64,000 bases of DNA. Origin: Octopus vulgaris (lineage: Eukaryota). Positions 1 through 13,831 of the stretch are shown here, piece by piece. Position numbers and translations under genes: made by a program. Numbering within the stretch: position 1 is the stretch's first letter; each line of letters opens with the position of its first letter. Location: the NCBI GenBank assembly GCA_951406725.2, contig OX597833.1, positions 55,490,001 through 55,554,000 on the forward strand, in the 5' to 3' direction. The notes below the pieces were generated by a model that worked only from the letters and a program-made list of their open reading frames with translations, made no database searches and had not been told where the DNA came from.

Positions 1-30
1 TTACTACTGTGGTGTGCGTGTGTGTTGCAG

Positions 31-189
31 GAGTCGATGATCAACATATATTCTGACTGTGGGGAAGCAAAAGGCAAGGGCATGTTCCAAAGAGTCAAAA
101 CTATCGTAAATCAAGGAATAGACACCAATCGGATGTTTATGTTCGATAACGCATCTGAACTTCTCGTTAGCCAAATGCGCATTTTGCAG
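31..189 (+). CDS. NUGGC: Internal coding exon of a NUGGC/SLIP-GC-like dynamin-related GTPase (C-terminal helical region); upstream exons lie outside the window
   Basis: ttgcag acceptor ends at 30 and CAG|gtgggt donor follows 189; 159 nt, phase 0-0. Peptide ESMINIYSDCGEAKGKGMFQRVKTIVNQGIDTNRMFMFDNASELLVSQMRILQ fits the MxxxYxxCxxxxGxGxFxRMK...MF pattern I recall from NUGGC and its fungal homologues. Identity is from memory, not a search. Confidence 0.7.
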
Positions 190-949
190 GTGGGTCAACT
201 TACATTTCATTACCTGTTTCTCTTCTCTCATTCAGCCAAAATGTCATTGCCAATTTGTCTTCCGTCTCATGTCTTGTTGATGGTGCGCCTGACTACACAC
301 ACGCACGCACGCATGCATGCATGTTTTCACTTACTATCACACAAACACACTCTTACTCTCTCTCTCACACACATACACATAAATGTTTTGCTATGATTTT
401 TCTAGTGCATCAGTATCCCCTACCCATGCTCACACTTTAATATTTAGTACTAATCATTTTGCAATGTAGTAGCTAATTCTGATTATTCGTTATTGTCCAC
501 ATTAGAAATTCATTGCTTTCATTAATTATAATCATTCGGAATATTTTTTTCTTTGTTTTTGTAATAATTTTATTTGTTTTTTTTTGTTGTTTTTTTTTTT
601 CCTATATCCTTCAGACTTAAAACCTTATTTACCTCTAACAATCTTTTTCTGAGTGAAAGCTAAGATTCTTTGTTATGGCATAAAATATATAAATATTTTT
701 AATAAATATTTGCTGTGCATGATATATATATGTGAGTGTGTATGTGTGTGTGTGTATGGTTGTGTGTGCACATGCACAAATGCATCCCCCACACATAAGT
801 GAGGAGAGACCCACCACTGTTTAATGGACCAAAATACTTTGTTCTGGTAAAAATGTTTGTGATGTGTGTAAAACATTGCTACTGCTCAGTTAAGTTTCTT
901 TTAGTATGAATGTAGATTATCATTATTATTATCATTATTATTATTATTA

Positions 950-2120
950 TTAAAGCAGCTAGCTGGCAAAGTCGTTAGCACGCCAGACAAAATGCATACC
1001 AGCACTTTGTCCATCCATACATTCTAAGTTCAAATTCTTCCAAAGTCGACGTTGCCTTTCATCCTTCCGGGGGTCAATAAAATAAGTACCAGTGAAACAC
1101 TGAGGTCAATGTAATCCACTAGTCCCCTCCTCCAGAATTTCAGGCCTTGTGCCTTAAGCAGAAAAGATTATTATTATTATCATTAAGGCAGTGAACTGGC
1201 AGAATCATTAACATGTTGGGTGAAATACTTGGCAATATTTCATATCCCGTTACATTCTGAGTTCAATTTCCAGTAAGGTCGACTTTACCTTTCATCCATT
1301 TGGGGTTGATAAAATTGAGTACTGGGATCGATGTAAGCGACTATCCCCAAAATTCAAGGCCTTGTGTCTATAGTAGAAAGGATTATGATTATTATTATTA
1401 TGGTGTGAAGGTGCATGGCTCAGTGGTTAGAGCGTAGAGCTTACGATCGAGAGGTTGTGAGTTCGATTCCTGGACTGGGCTGTATGTTGTGTTCTTGAGC
1501 AAGACACTTTATTTCATGTTGCTCCAGTTCACTCAGCTGAAGAAATGAGTTGTGACGTCACTGGTGCCAAGCTGTATTGGCCGTTGCCTTTCCCTTGGAT
1601 AACACGCATGGCGTGCAGAGGGGAGGCTGGTATGCATGGGTGACTGCTAGCCTTCCACAAACGACCTTGCCCTGACTTGTGCCTCAGAGGGTAACTTTCT
1701 AGGTGCAATCCCATGGTCGTTCATGACTGAAGGGGGTTTCCTCCTGTTATTATGGTGAGCTGGCAGAATCATTATTGTGTCAGGCAAAATGCTTAGTGGT
1801 ACTTATTTCAGCTCTTAGTATCTTGAGTTCAAATCCCGGCATAATCAATTTTGCCCTTCATCCTTTCTAGGCAATAAAATAAAGCACCAGTCAAGTAACT
1901 GACTTGACCCCTTCCCCTCAAAATTACTGGTCTTGTACTAAAATTAGAAAGAATTATATCATGTCCATATTAGGGCAGGAAATTGGTAGAATCATTAGAT
2001 CATCAGAAAAAATGCCTTGCAGTATTTGTTCTGGGTACTTGACATTCTGAGGTTCAAATCCTTTCCAGGTCAACTTTGCCTTTCATCTTTCTGGAGTCAG
2101 TATTATAAAGTACCAGTCAA
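950..2120 (+). mobile_element. Cluster of tandem SINEs (four family B-like copies and one tRNA-headed copy at about 1400-1745)
   Basis: Repeated gagctggcagaatc...gagttcaaat...gcctttcatcct...aataagtaccag units separated by (TTA)n. Confidence 0.7.
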
Positions 2121-2760
2121 GGAAACTCGATATAATGCCATTATGATAAACATGGCTGTAGCTCTTTTGAGACACTAAATCGGAAGAAAGGCATTCATCA
2201 TCAACTTCATTTAATGTCCCTTTTTTTGCTGTGCTGGCATGGATGGGATGGTTCAACAAGAACCAATAAGCCAGAGGACTATGCCAAGGTCCAATGTCTA
2301 CTTTGTATGATTTCTACAGCCGGGTATCTTTCCTAATACTAACAAATTTACAGAGTGTACTGGGTGCACCAGCACTTGTGGGGTCGCTAAGTACCCATAA
2401 ACCCCCCCCCACACTTCAGTAAGTTGTGCATAGCATGGAAGAGGTTAATGTATGGCATCCCCACTCTGGAAAGAGATTGCTTTTACCTTTCTGTGGTTCT
2501 GATTGCTGCTGCTACTACTACTACTACTAATGGTAATACTAATACTACAGTTTTAAACATGTTTACCTCCTCCCCTTGCTACCTGATGAACAATATTGGG
2601 ATCAAATCTTTATGGTGATATCTGTTACCTCCATTCTCCCTTGGTCTTGTGCCAACATTGATGCTGCTGAACTGCTTCAGCATTTGCTATTAATGAGACA
2701 ATATCTACCCAATGTCTCTCTTTCTTCCCCCACTCTCTCTCTATACACACACAGACACTC

Positions 2761-2820
<60 letters not shown>

Positions 2821-2823
<3 letters not shown>

Positions 2824-2960
2824 GGAATAAATCCAAACTTACAGGGAAAAATCAGATTTAGGATTGAATCCAATTTTATAGTAAAATATTATATTATATT
2901 AAATTAGAGATAAAACCACTATTAGGCAAATCGATTTGCCTAATAGTGGTTTTATCTCTA

Positions 2961-2965
<5 letters not shown>
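2821..2965. mobile_element. Short fold-back copy of the 25790 family in a (TA)n tract
   Basis: Matches 25800-25910 and ends in a palindrome centred on ggcaaatcgatttgcc. Confidence 0.65.
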
Positions 2966-2994
<29 letters not shown>

Positions 2995-3589
2995 GTTAAT
3001 GTAATTTGATGTAATACTCAAAATCTAAAAAAGAAGACCTGATCCAAAACTGGGTCATCACGACTTCAACACTTGGCTGGAATCTTCGTTATATTTGATG
3101 AGGCAGGTGTAAATATATATATGTCTATCACTCTGCAGAAAACTGTTATTGATTATTTTTTCTTCTAGTTCTATCTATTTAGGTCAACATGGTAGAAGAG
3201 ATATCTGGAACGGCATGTAGATAACTGATTTGATTTCGCTTCTCCGAAAGTCTATCAGTTAAAGAGGTGTGGGCTGTAGATTCACTTGATCAAGCCGATC
3301 CCCTTTGTATGTTAACGAGGCTTACTTTCACTTTACCAACAGTGGGCGGTGGAGGGTGGCATAGAATGTGAGGCTCGGTTGACGCTGATGTGATTCAAAT
3401 ACAGAAATGGATGTGTGGCATTAGGAAGAGAAAGAATCTCAACAACATTGAAGCTTTGGTTAATCATGCCATGCATTCCTAAGATATACAAATGAATGTC
3501 AATAACAGACCAGATTTTAATGTATGTCTCACAATTTTGTGAAATACAAGCAGAAAGAGGGTATTTACATATGGCACATATGCTATCAT

Positions 3590-4735
3590 CACCATCATCA
3601 TCATCATCATTGTTTAATGTCCGCTTTCCATGCTAGCATGGGTTGGACGATTTGACTGAGGTCTGGCAAACCAGATGACTGCACCAGACTCCAATCTTGA
3701 TCTGGCAGAGTTTCTACAGCCGGATGCCATTCCTAACGCCAACCACTCCGAGGGTGTAGTGGGTGCTTTTACGCACCGCCGGCACGAGGGCCAGTCAGGC
3801 GGTACTGGCAACGGCCACGCTCAGATGGTGCTTTTTATGTGCCACCTGTACAGGAGCCAGTCCAGCAGCACTGGCAAGCTGGCTTCCCTTCCTAACGCCA
3901 ACCACTACGAGAGTGTAGTGGGTGCTTTTACGCACCGCCGGCACGAGGGCCAGTCAGGCGGTACTGGCAACGGCCACGCTCAGATGGTGCTTTTTATGTG
4001 CCAACTGTACAGGAGCCAGTCCAGCGGCACTGGCAAGCTGGCTTCCCTTCCTAACGCCAACCACTCCGAGGGTGTAGTGGATGCTTTTACGCGACACCGG
4101 CACGAGGGCCCGTCAGGCGGTACTGGCAACGGCCACGCTCAGATGGTGCTTTTTATGTGCCACCTGTACAGGAGCCAGTCCAGCGGCACTGGCAAGCTGG
4201 CTTCCCTTCCTAACACCAACCACTACGAGAGTGTAGTGGGTGCTTTTACGCACCGCCGGCACGAGGGCCAGTCAGGCGGTACTGGCAACGGCCACGCTCA
4301 GATGGTGCTTTTTATGTGCCACCTGTACAGGAGCCAGTCCAGCAGCACTGGCAAGCTGGCTTCCCTTCCTAACGCCAACCACTACGAGAGTGTAGTGGGT
4401 GCTTTTACGCACCGCCGGCACGAGGGCCAGTCAGGCGGTACTGGCAACAGCCACGCTCAGATGGTGCTTTTTATGTGCCACCTGTACAGGAGCCAGTCCA
4501 GCAGCACTGGCAAGCTGGCTTCCCTTCCTAACGCCAACCATTACGAGAGTGTAGTGGGTGCTTTTTCGCACCACCAGCACAAGAGCCAGTCAGGCGGTAC
4601 TGGCAATGGCCATGCTCAGATGGTGCTTTTTATGTGCCACCTGTACAGGAGCCAGTCCAGCAGCACTGGCAACGACTGCGCTTCGAATGTTTTTCACGTG
4701 CCACCAGCACAGGTGTTAGTAAGGTGACGCAAGTA
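3590..4735 (-). mobile_element. Interspersed repeat family D ((GAT)n-tailed SINE-like element) with an internal tandem expansion
   Basis: Starts catcatc...gtttaatgtccgctttccatgctagcatgggttggacg, as at 16330, 31065, 35942 and 38705; reverse-oriented copy at about 8280-8975. Confidence 0.75.
3732..4670. repeat. 159-bp tandem repeat, about 6 units
   Basis: cctaac(g/a)ccaacca recurs at 3732, 3891, 4050, 4209, 4368 and 4527. Confidence 0.95.
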
Positions 4736-4899
4736 AATATTGTCCTGAGTCCTTGGGACGGTTACATGGTTTTCATGGCTTGAGTGTGACCAAGATCGCA
4801 ACATTTCTCTCTTAACAACATATCAGTCTGTCACAAGAGGAAGTCAACTGGAGCAATGGAAAATAGTGTTTGTTGCTCAAGAATACTTACCACACAGAC

Positions 4900-5300
4900 A
4901 CTGCAGTGCCTGTGTGGTAAGTAGCTTGCTTATGAACCACATGGTTCCGGGTTGTCCCACTGCGTGGCACTTTGGCAAGTGTCTTCTACTATAGCCTCGG
5001 GCCGACCAAGACCTTGTGAGTGGATTTGGTAGGCGGAAACTGAAAGAAGGCTGTCATGTATATGTATATATATGTGTGTGTCTGTGTTTGTCCTCCCAAT
5101 ATCGCTTGACAACCAATGCCGGTGTGTTTACGTTCCCGTAACTTATCGGTTCGGCAAAAGAGACTGATAGAATAAGTACTAGGCTTACAAAGAATAAGTC
5201 CTGGGGGTCGACCTGCTCGACTAAAGGCGGTGCTCCAGCATGGCCGCAGTCAGTCAAATGACTGAAACACGTAAAAGTGAGAGAGAGAGTAAAGAGTAAT
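4900..5300 (+). mobile_element. SINE family A (tRNA-derived head, internal (TA)n/(TG)n, gtaaaaga tail)
   Basis: ggctgtgtggtaagtagc...ggttccgggttc...ttgggcaagtgtcttctac...cagtcaaatgactgaaac consensus; about 20 full or partial copies in the window. Confidence 0.85.
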
Positions 5301-5689
5301 ACAATGCACTACCTGAGCTGGGAATTGAAACAGGGATCTTGCAGCTGTTAGTGCAACACCCTAACCACTAGACCACACGTCATATATATCCTTCTTCAAT
5401 TATATAGCTTTGGTTTTTGTTGGAAATTGCATGCTCTGACTTAGTTACCAGGTGTCGCCCTCTTACTCCTGCTGTCTGTTGTTGCCAGGAATTATCTAAT
5501 CTGGTGCTTTACCATTTTCCATTGTACTATCCATGTGGGAATTTACCCCATGCAAACTATTAAGGGGAAAAAGTCTATATAAGCTTTCCCTAATGAAAGA
5601 TACTAGAGGCTGATATACCATGTTATGAGTTAAGTTACTGGGATGAAATGAAATTTATCAGCCTAATTCAGTTCTCTTTTATTCTATCC

Positions 5690-6180
5690 CTCCCTCCATT
5701 CACTCACTCACTCCACTCACCTCACTCACTCAACTTACTCACTCACTCACTTCCTTGCACTCCACTCACTCACTCCCTTGCACTCCACTCACTCACTCCC
5801 CTACACTCCACTCACCCACTCCCTTGCACTCCACTCACTCACTCCCCTACACTCCACTCACTCCCTTGCTCTCCACTCACTCACTCCCTTGCACTCCACT
5901 CACTCACTCCCCTACACTCCACTCACTCACTCCTCTACACTACACTACACTCACTCACTCACTCCCTTGCACTCCACTCACTCCCTTGCTCTCCACTCAC
6001 TCACTCCCCTACGCTCCACTCACTCCCCTAAACTCCACTCACTCACTCACTCCCTTGCTCTCCATTCACTCACTCCCCTACACTCCACTCACTCACTCCC
6101 CTGCACTCCACTCACTCACTCCCTTGCACTCCACTCACTCACTCCCCTCTCTACCTCTCTACCTCTCTCTCTGTCTCTTG
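5690..6180. repeat. C/A/T-rich minisatellite (~23-bp cactcactcccttgcactccact units)
   Basis: Direct inspection. Confidence 0.9.
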
Positions 6181-6432
6181 TAGGAATTTTAAAGCAAACA
6201 CTTTGTTGTTTGTCATGTTTTTGTTGTTTGTTTTGTTCTTATTCCATTCCAAAACAATTTCCTAGCATCATGCTGGCCATTATCTCCAGCATCCAGTTCT
6301 CCCATATCTTCTATCTATCCAATCAACCCACTTCTATTACATTCTACAAAGTTATCTAAAGTAATGTTGCAAAGATATAATCTCCTCCCAGAAAGGCGGC
6401 ATTACTAGATTTTGTCTAATATTCCCATAACT

Positions 6433-6434
6433 GC

Positions 6435-6473
<39 letters not shown>

Positions 6474-6945
6474 CACACACATACATGCATGTGCATACAT
6501 ACGCACACACACAAACACATACACATTCTTGCACATGTAGATACACATATTTATGCTCAGACACAGACACGCACACACACATACTCTCTGCCTTTCATAT
6601 ATATGTATACATACTTATGCAGACAGGGGCACACACATACACACACACACACACTCCCTTTCATATGTATGTACACATACTTATGCATACAGAGGGACGC
6701 ACATACACACATATACACAAACACACACATGAACACACCTAACAAAATCCTGCAACCATTCAGACTTACATACATACACACACACACACATACACACACA
6801 TACATACACACACATACATACATACATACACACACATACATACATAAATATGCACACACACACACGTACGCACACATGCATGTACACTTATACATAGAGT
6901 TACACACACATTTACGCATGTACAGACACACAGCTGCACACAGAC
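6433..6945. repeat. Compound (CA)n/(CATA)n microsatellite
   Basis: Direct inspection. Confidence 0.9.
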
Positions 6946-7228
6946 GTCTTCCTAATTATTTATTAACATTTTCTATTTGCTGAATACCTGTTAAGTGCCT
7001 GATTATATAAGAAGAAATTCTTCTGTCGCAGTGTGTTGCGATAAACTCTGGCAGGCATGGGGGAGGGGCGGCATGGGGCAGGATGTAGAATGTTGACCAA
7101 CCTGTAGGCATGTGGCCGTATCTTGTATTACATCATCTCTCAAGTGTAATACATATCGATACATAGAAAACAGCTGCCCAATACATATTGGTTGGTCAAT
7201 AAGGTGGCGAGTTTTTTGGAATCGTTAG

Positions 7229-7397
7229 CAGGAGGAGCAGAGTGGCTGTGTGGTAAGTAGCTTGTTTACCAACCACATGGTTCCGGGTTCAGTCCCACTG
7301 CGTGGCACCTTGGGCAAGCGTCTTCTACTATATCCTCGGGCCGACCAAAGCTTTGTGAGTGGATTTGGTAGACGGAAACTGAAAGAAGCCCGTCGTA

Positions 7398-7445
<48 letters not shown>

Positions 7446-7660
7446 CGTGCATGTATATGAATGTCTGTGTTAGTCCCTTTAGCATTGCTTGACAATCGAT
7501 GCTGGTGTGTTTATGTCCCCGTCACTTAGTGGTTCGGCAAAAGAGACCGATAGAATAAGTACTGGGCTTACAAAAGAATAAGTCCCGGGGTCGAGGTGCT
7601 CAATTAAAGGCGGTGCTCCAGCATGGCCGCAGTCAAATGACTGAAACAAGTAAAATATAA
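7229..7660 (+). mobile_element. SINE family A
   Basis: Full-length match to the other copies. Confidence 0.85.
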
Positions 7661-8279
7661 AAGATATATATATGTACCATATCAGGACAGTTACACTCCC
7701 ACCCCATAGGACAATTCCTTCCGATGACAACTATGCCCTTGTACAATTACCTTCCTTCTCCAATATATTCAGAAGTTTTAAATCATCTGTTGTCCTCAGG
7801 GATAATTGCCCTGGGGTGGGGATGTTATTGTCCTAGACTCATATGTAGAGCACATCTTTGTAACTTGTGAAGCAGTAATTTTCAAACTAGCAAATAGACC
7901 ACTTTCTCCTCAAAAGTGAAATGTGTTTTTACTCCCCACCATATATTATTGGTATGGTGAAGGTGTGTGGTCGAGTGGTTAGTGTATTCAGCTCACAATT
8001 ATAAGGTCGTGAGTTCAAACCCTGGTGGAGCATTGTGTTCTTGAGCAAGACACATCAATGATGATGGCATGTCAGTGTTTGTGTGTATTCTCACCATATT
8101 ACAATGTTAGTGGCTAGAAATTCATTCCTGGACCCTTAACGTAACACCTGTACCCTTAATGTAACATAGACATACACAGCATGGCTCTCCATCTGACAGG
8201 CTTTCACACACACAGTTTACTTCTACCAAATTTCACCACAAAAACCACCTCCTCCAGCACCCACCCCTTCTCATAAGAT

Positions 8280-8975
8280 CTTTGTCTTGCAGTTTACTTG
8301 GTGACCTTGTGAGTGCTGGTGCCATGTAAAAAACCATCCAGTCCACTCTGTAAAGTGCCTGGCATTTGGAAGGGCATCCAGCTGTTAAAACCATAGCAGA
8401 GCAAACTTTACTGTACCATGTAAAAAGCCCCTAGCTGATTCTGTTAAGTGGTTGGCATTTGGAAGGGCATCCAGCTGTTAAAACCATGCCAAAGTTGACT
8501 CGCTGGTGCCATGTAAAAAGCCCCTAGCTGATTCTGTAAAGTGGTTGGCATTCAACTTTTAAAACCATAACAGAGCAAATTTTACTGGTGCTTGCACCAT
8601 GTAAAAAGCCCCCAGTCCACTCTGTAAAATGGTTGGCATTTGGAAGGGCAGTCAGCTGTAAAAACCATGCCAATGTAGACTTCACTTGTGTTGGTACCAT
8701 GTAAGAAGCCCCTAGTTCATTCTGTAAAGTGGCTGTCATTTGGCAGGGCATCCAACTGTAAAAACCAGACCAAAATACCAACAGACCTTGCGGTTGCTGG
8801 TGCCATGTAAAAAACACCTAGTACACTGTGTGAAGTAGTTGTTGTGAAGGGCATCCATCCATAGAAACCATACCAAAACAGACAGTGGGGCTTGGCATAG
8901 TGCTTTGGCTTGCCAGCATCTGTCAAAGCATCCAACCCATGCCAGCATGGGAATCATGTGTTAAATGATGATGAA
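8280..8975 (+). mobile_element. Family D copy with degenerate internal tandem units
   Basis: Repeated ccatgtaaaaagccc...ctgtaaagtggttggcatttggaagggcatccagctg; ends catccaacccatgccagcatgg...gttaaatgatgatg. Confidence 0.65.
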
Positions 8976-9107
8976 GACTATGAGGCTTGTGTTGGCCTGA
9001 GTCTATAGTAGAAGATACCTGCTCTAGGGAGCAATCAGTGTAATCAAATCTACCAGGGGTCTTTCAATTGTGTGACAAACTTTCATAACCACTCAGTCAT
9101 TAAGCTA

Positions 9108-9510
9108 CCTATTTCTTTACTACCCACAAGGGGCTAAACACAGAGGGGACAGACAAACGGATTAAGTTGATTACATCGACCCCAGTGCGAAACTGGTACT
9201 TTATTTATCGACCCCGAAAGGATGAAAGGCAAAGTCGACCTTGGCGGAATTTGAACTCAGAACGTATCGGCAGACGAAATACCTATTTCTTTATTACCCA
9301 GAAGGGGCTAAACACAGAGGGGACAGACTAAATGGATTAAGTTGATTACATCGACCCCAGTGCGAAACTGGTACTTTTATCTATCGACCCCCGAAAGGAT
9401 GAAAGGAAAAGTCGACCTCGGCGGAATTTGAACTTGGAACGTATCGGCAGACGAAATACCTCCAAGCATTTCGCCCGGCATGCTAACGATTCTGCCAGCT
9501 CACCACCATT
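9108..9510 (-). mobile_element. SINE family B, dimeric
   Basis: Two tandem units of the reverse complement of gagttcaaattccgccgaggtcgactttgcctttcatcctttcggggtcgat...agtaccag (a core resembling the MetaSINE central domain). Confidence 0.8.
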
Positions 9511-9812
9511 GCCTAAAATACTAACATTTCATCAGAATCCTTCACAGCCACCTTTGCTAAAATGGCAAGTATTATTAGAATGTCTGATAGTAGAAATCTT
9601 CTTTGGGGGATTTATGGTTCCGGTTTTAAAAGCTGCTAAAGAAGGAATTAGCTTCATTAGAACGTATGGAAAACTGATTTTCCGTGGCTATCCGTGGAAC
9701 ACCTTGAATTATTTGCTAATTCACATCTGAATGGTTTTAGCGAGTGTCGGTGGTTTTAGATGGTTTCACATCAACTCAATTAGGATGAATGAATCTAAAT
9801 AAATTGCATGTT

Positions 9813-9847
<35 letters not shown>

Positions 9848-10156
9848 CTTGCATCTTGGGTGTCTCTACATTTCCTCCAGAATCTCATCTCATTCACTCT
9901 CCTTCTCCTCTCCCCCACCTCTCATCTCTCGTTTTGTGTGTCCGTGTGTCCATGTCTGTGTGTACTTGTGCTCCTCTCACTGTCAGGTCTGCATTTTTTT
10001 TTTGTCTATGTGTCTGTATCTGTTTGTGTGTGATATTTCTCTATTCATATTAGTATATCCCTATGTTATTACATATGTATATATATATATTTAATTTATT
10101 TACTTTATTTATTCCTCTTATTTTCTTCTTCACATCTCACTGTTTTCCATTTGCAG

Positions 10157-10205
10157 GTGTGTGAATGTATATGTATATATATATGTATGTATATATATAT
10201 GTATG

Positions 10206-10254
<49 letters not shown>

Positions 10255-10333
10255 ATATGTATGTATGTATATATGTATGTGTGTGTGTGTGTGTGTATAT
10301 ATGTGTGTATGCATGTATATATATATATGTATG

Positions 10334-10364
<31 letters not shown>

Positions 10365-10381
10365 ATATATATATATGTATG

Positions 10382-10459
<78 letters not shown>

Positions 10460-10467
10460 TATGTATG

Positions 10468-10498
<31 letters not shown>

Positions 10499-10507
10499 AT
10501 ATGTGTG

Positions 10508-10543
<36 letters not shown>

Positions 10544-10590
10544 TCTATCTAAATATATGTGTGTGTATATATGTATGTGTGTATATTGTA
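10157..10590. repeat. (TA)n/(TATG)n microsatellite field
   Basis: Direct inspection. Confidence 0.9.
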
Positions 10591-10736
10591 TTGAGTAACA
10601 TTGAATTAACCCATACCATGTGTTTTATTTCAATTTTCACCATTATAAGCTCCTGTCTCGTGCATCCCCCCCCTTTCCCAACCCTATTTCTTTACATATA
10701 CCAGATGTTTAGTAAAAGAGTTAAAAACGTACATCA

Positions 10737-10776
<40 letters not shown>

Positions 10777-10939
10777 TCTTCTTCTTGCTTTATCTCCCTT
10801 GTCAGCTCTTCAACCAACATCACTTCCTCTGTTGTGTAATTTCATGTCATTCCATTTGTACTTCTTTATTCAGACATTTCCATTAATAAATATTTAGAGC
10901 AGTTTCGCAACTAAACATGTTTCCTTAACACCAACCAAC

Positions 10940-10974
<35 letters not shown>

Positions 10975-11799
10975 GCTCTATCATGGGTTCTAGACAGTCT
11001 GTAATTATATAATAAAAATTCCAAAATTTATTTCAAACTCAACTTGTGTGTCTTTCAATTACTTTCTGAAACGTTTCCTGTACATATATTATCCACTTAA
11101 AAAAAAAAAAAAAAAAAATCTGTCTCCGATGTGATTTAAAACTTTCCCATCAGCTGCTATGTTGCATCTACATCATGTCAGACATATCCGAAGCCCTGTT
11201 TTGCGTTCCTAATTTTTGACCTCCATTCTCGTATACCTACTAAACTCTGCTTGATATAAATCCTAATCCTACCAATCCTAATCCTACCAAGATTTACAGC
11301 AAACCTCTTAGAATTTTCTCTCTGAGATTCCAATTTAATTAGAAACTTTTCTTTGTTCTGCGGCACATAAATGTAGATTGATTTTTCCTTAATCCTTGTT
11401 TCTAATCCTAGTTCTTTTCCAATTGTCTTTTCTTATGACCCAATATTTAAATGATGCAGATTATCACTCACACAGTCTGGTTATTACTTTCTATATCTAC
11501 TTCGCTAAGCTATAATGCTTGGGATATGGCTTAGGAGAGATGGTGACTGGATTAAATTACTGACAAATAATGCTATTAGGGAATTCTCTCTCTCCCGCTC
11601 ACCGTTGCTGTCTTTGTCGTCATTATTGTTGTTGTTGTGGCAGTGCTGGTGATGGTGGTGGTGGTGGTGGTTAATGCTGCTCTGAAGGAGTTTTGAAAAA
11701 TGGATAATGCTTTATGGCAGTTTCTAGAATTCAGACTGTTCTAAAACACATACATACATAGATACACCATACAATGGGCATTATATTTGAGAGAACGTT

Positions 11800-11829
11800 T
11801 GTGTGTGTGTATGTGTAAATAGATAGATC

Positions 11830-11895
<66 letters not shown>

Positions 11896-12237
11896 CATAC
11901 ATATATATATATATATATATACACACAAACATGTATATACATTTATATATGGACATATACATACATGTATCTGTGTGTATATATATATATATATGTATGT
12001 ATGTATGTCTATATATATATACATTTTTATATGGACATATGCATACATGTATGTTTGCGTATATATATATATATGTGTGTGTGTATGTCTATATATATAT
12101 ATATACATTTATATATGGACATATACATACATGTGTTTGTGTGTGTATATATGTATATATATATGTGTGTGTGTATATATATATGTATGTATGTCTATAT
12201 ATATATATATACACACACACATACATACATATATATC
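11800..12237. repeat. Compound (TA)n/(GA)n/(TG)n field
   Basis: Direct inspection. Confidence 0.9.
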
Positions 12238-13009
12238 AGTTACAGTTCAACTCCGTATTTCTTCCATTTCTGACTCAGTTAAGCCTTCTTCAAAACACTA
12301 TATAAGCTCTCGGTGTTGTTGTTTCTAGTATTGTTCTCTCTCAAATATAATGTCCATTGTTACACTCGAAAGTAGGTTACACATTAATTCGGGGGAATCA
12401 TTGCATAAATCTACAGCTATTTCAGATATAGCAGATATGGATCAATATAAATACATATTTATTCTATATCTTCCTTGCTGGTTCTTCAGCAATATAGGGC
12501 TGGTGGTTTTATCTCGCTACCAAAGCCATCTTTTTTCTTCATTTATTTCATGTATTTTTCAATAAATTAAACGTAGAGATAAAATTGATCTATCCAAGTC
12601 AGTTCCATATTTTTCATTACATAATCAGTCAAAAAATTCCTCGCTCAATGCTTGCGTTGCATATCCATCGCACCGTACTCTTCGTTTATTGCACATGCAC
12701 ATGCACCAGACCATACCGTACTAATTTCACCATTCTCGCTATATCCTTTTATTTGTTTCAGTCATTTGACTGCAACCATTTGGGGTACCGCCTCGAAGAA
12801 TGTTTAGTCAAATGAACCGACCCCCCGGGACTTATGTTTTTAAGCCTGGTACTTATTCTGTCGGTCTCTTTGGCCGAACTGCTAAGTTATGGGGGCACAA
12901 ACACACCAAAACCAATTGTCAAGCAGTGGTGGAGGGACAAACACAGACAGAAAGACACACACATACATATATTTATATTTACACACACACACACATATAT
13001 ATATATATA

Positions 13010-13390
13010 TGGCGCAAGAGTGGCTGTGTGGTAAGTAGCTTGCTTACCAACCACATGGTTCCAGGTTCAGTCCCACTGCGTGACACCTTGGGCAAGTGTC
13101 TTCTACTATAGCCTCGGGCTGACCAAAGCCTTGTGAGTGGATTCGGTAGACGGAAACTGAAAGAAGCCCGTTGTATATATGTGTATATGTGTGTATATAT
13201 ATATATGTGTGTGTCTGTGTTTGTCCCCCCAACATCGCTTGACAACCAATGGTGGTGTGTTTGCGTCCCCGTAACTTAGCGGTTCAGCAAAAGAGAACGA
13301 TAGAATAAGTACTAGGCTTACAAAGAATAGGTCCTGGTGTCGATTTGCCCGACTAAAGGCGGTGCTCCGGCATGGCCACAGTCAAATGAC
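13010..13390 (+). mobile_element. SINE family A (preceded by an inverted partial copy at about 12745-12960)
   Basis: Match to the other copies. Confidence 0.85.
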
Positions 13391-13831
13391 AGGTTGAATG
13401 TCCACTCAGCCATGCCAAATTGTCTGCAACCAACAGCAATACCAAATTGATCTCATATCACACAGGGGTATTGTAGACAGATTTGTGAACAGTAAACAGT
13501 ACTCGTTAAGTGTCGGTGCCCAAAGAAGAGAATGGAAACTGTTCAATAATAAAACGGCTTGAAGTAGACAAAGCCTGGGGAAAGTCTAAGTTGGCTGCGC
13601 ATCATAATAACCACTTCTTGAATGCTTGCTTATCAACTGTTGGGGTATTGAGGTTTAATTTAAATAAAAAGAAATAATAAAAGCAACAAAATCTTCTTTA
13701 CAGCAAGGCTAGGTATCTTTACACATAAATGTATATACTTAGATCAGGTTTCAGCCAATATTGGTCCAGCTGTCTAATTTAATAGCATCATCAAATAATT
13801 ACATAAGGAAATTTATCTATCTATCTATCTA

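Noticed and set aside
190-396. Continuation of ORF 22-396 beyond position 189
   Set aside because: Read-through past a good splice donor into low-complexity intron.
3675-4727. 350-aa repetitive ORF as a real gene
   Set aside because: It lies in an intron and consists wholly of a tandemly expanded interspersed repeat, with no splice support.
5648-6983. His/Thr/Leu- and Cys/Val-rich ORFs
   Set aside because: Translations of mini- and microsatellites.
10105-12328. YI/YV/CV-rich ORFs (also near 14.5, 19.4 and 34.4 kb)
   Set aside because: Translations of (TA)n/(TG)n tracts.
13740-13800. Hammerhead-like UUGAUGA...GAAA on the - strand
   Set aside because: The core is mutated and stems I and II do not pair convincingly.
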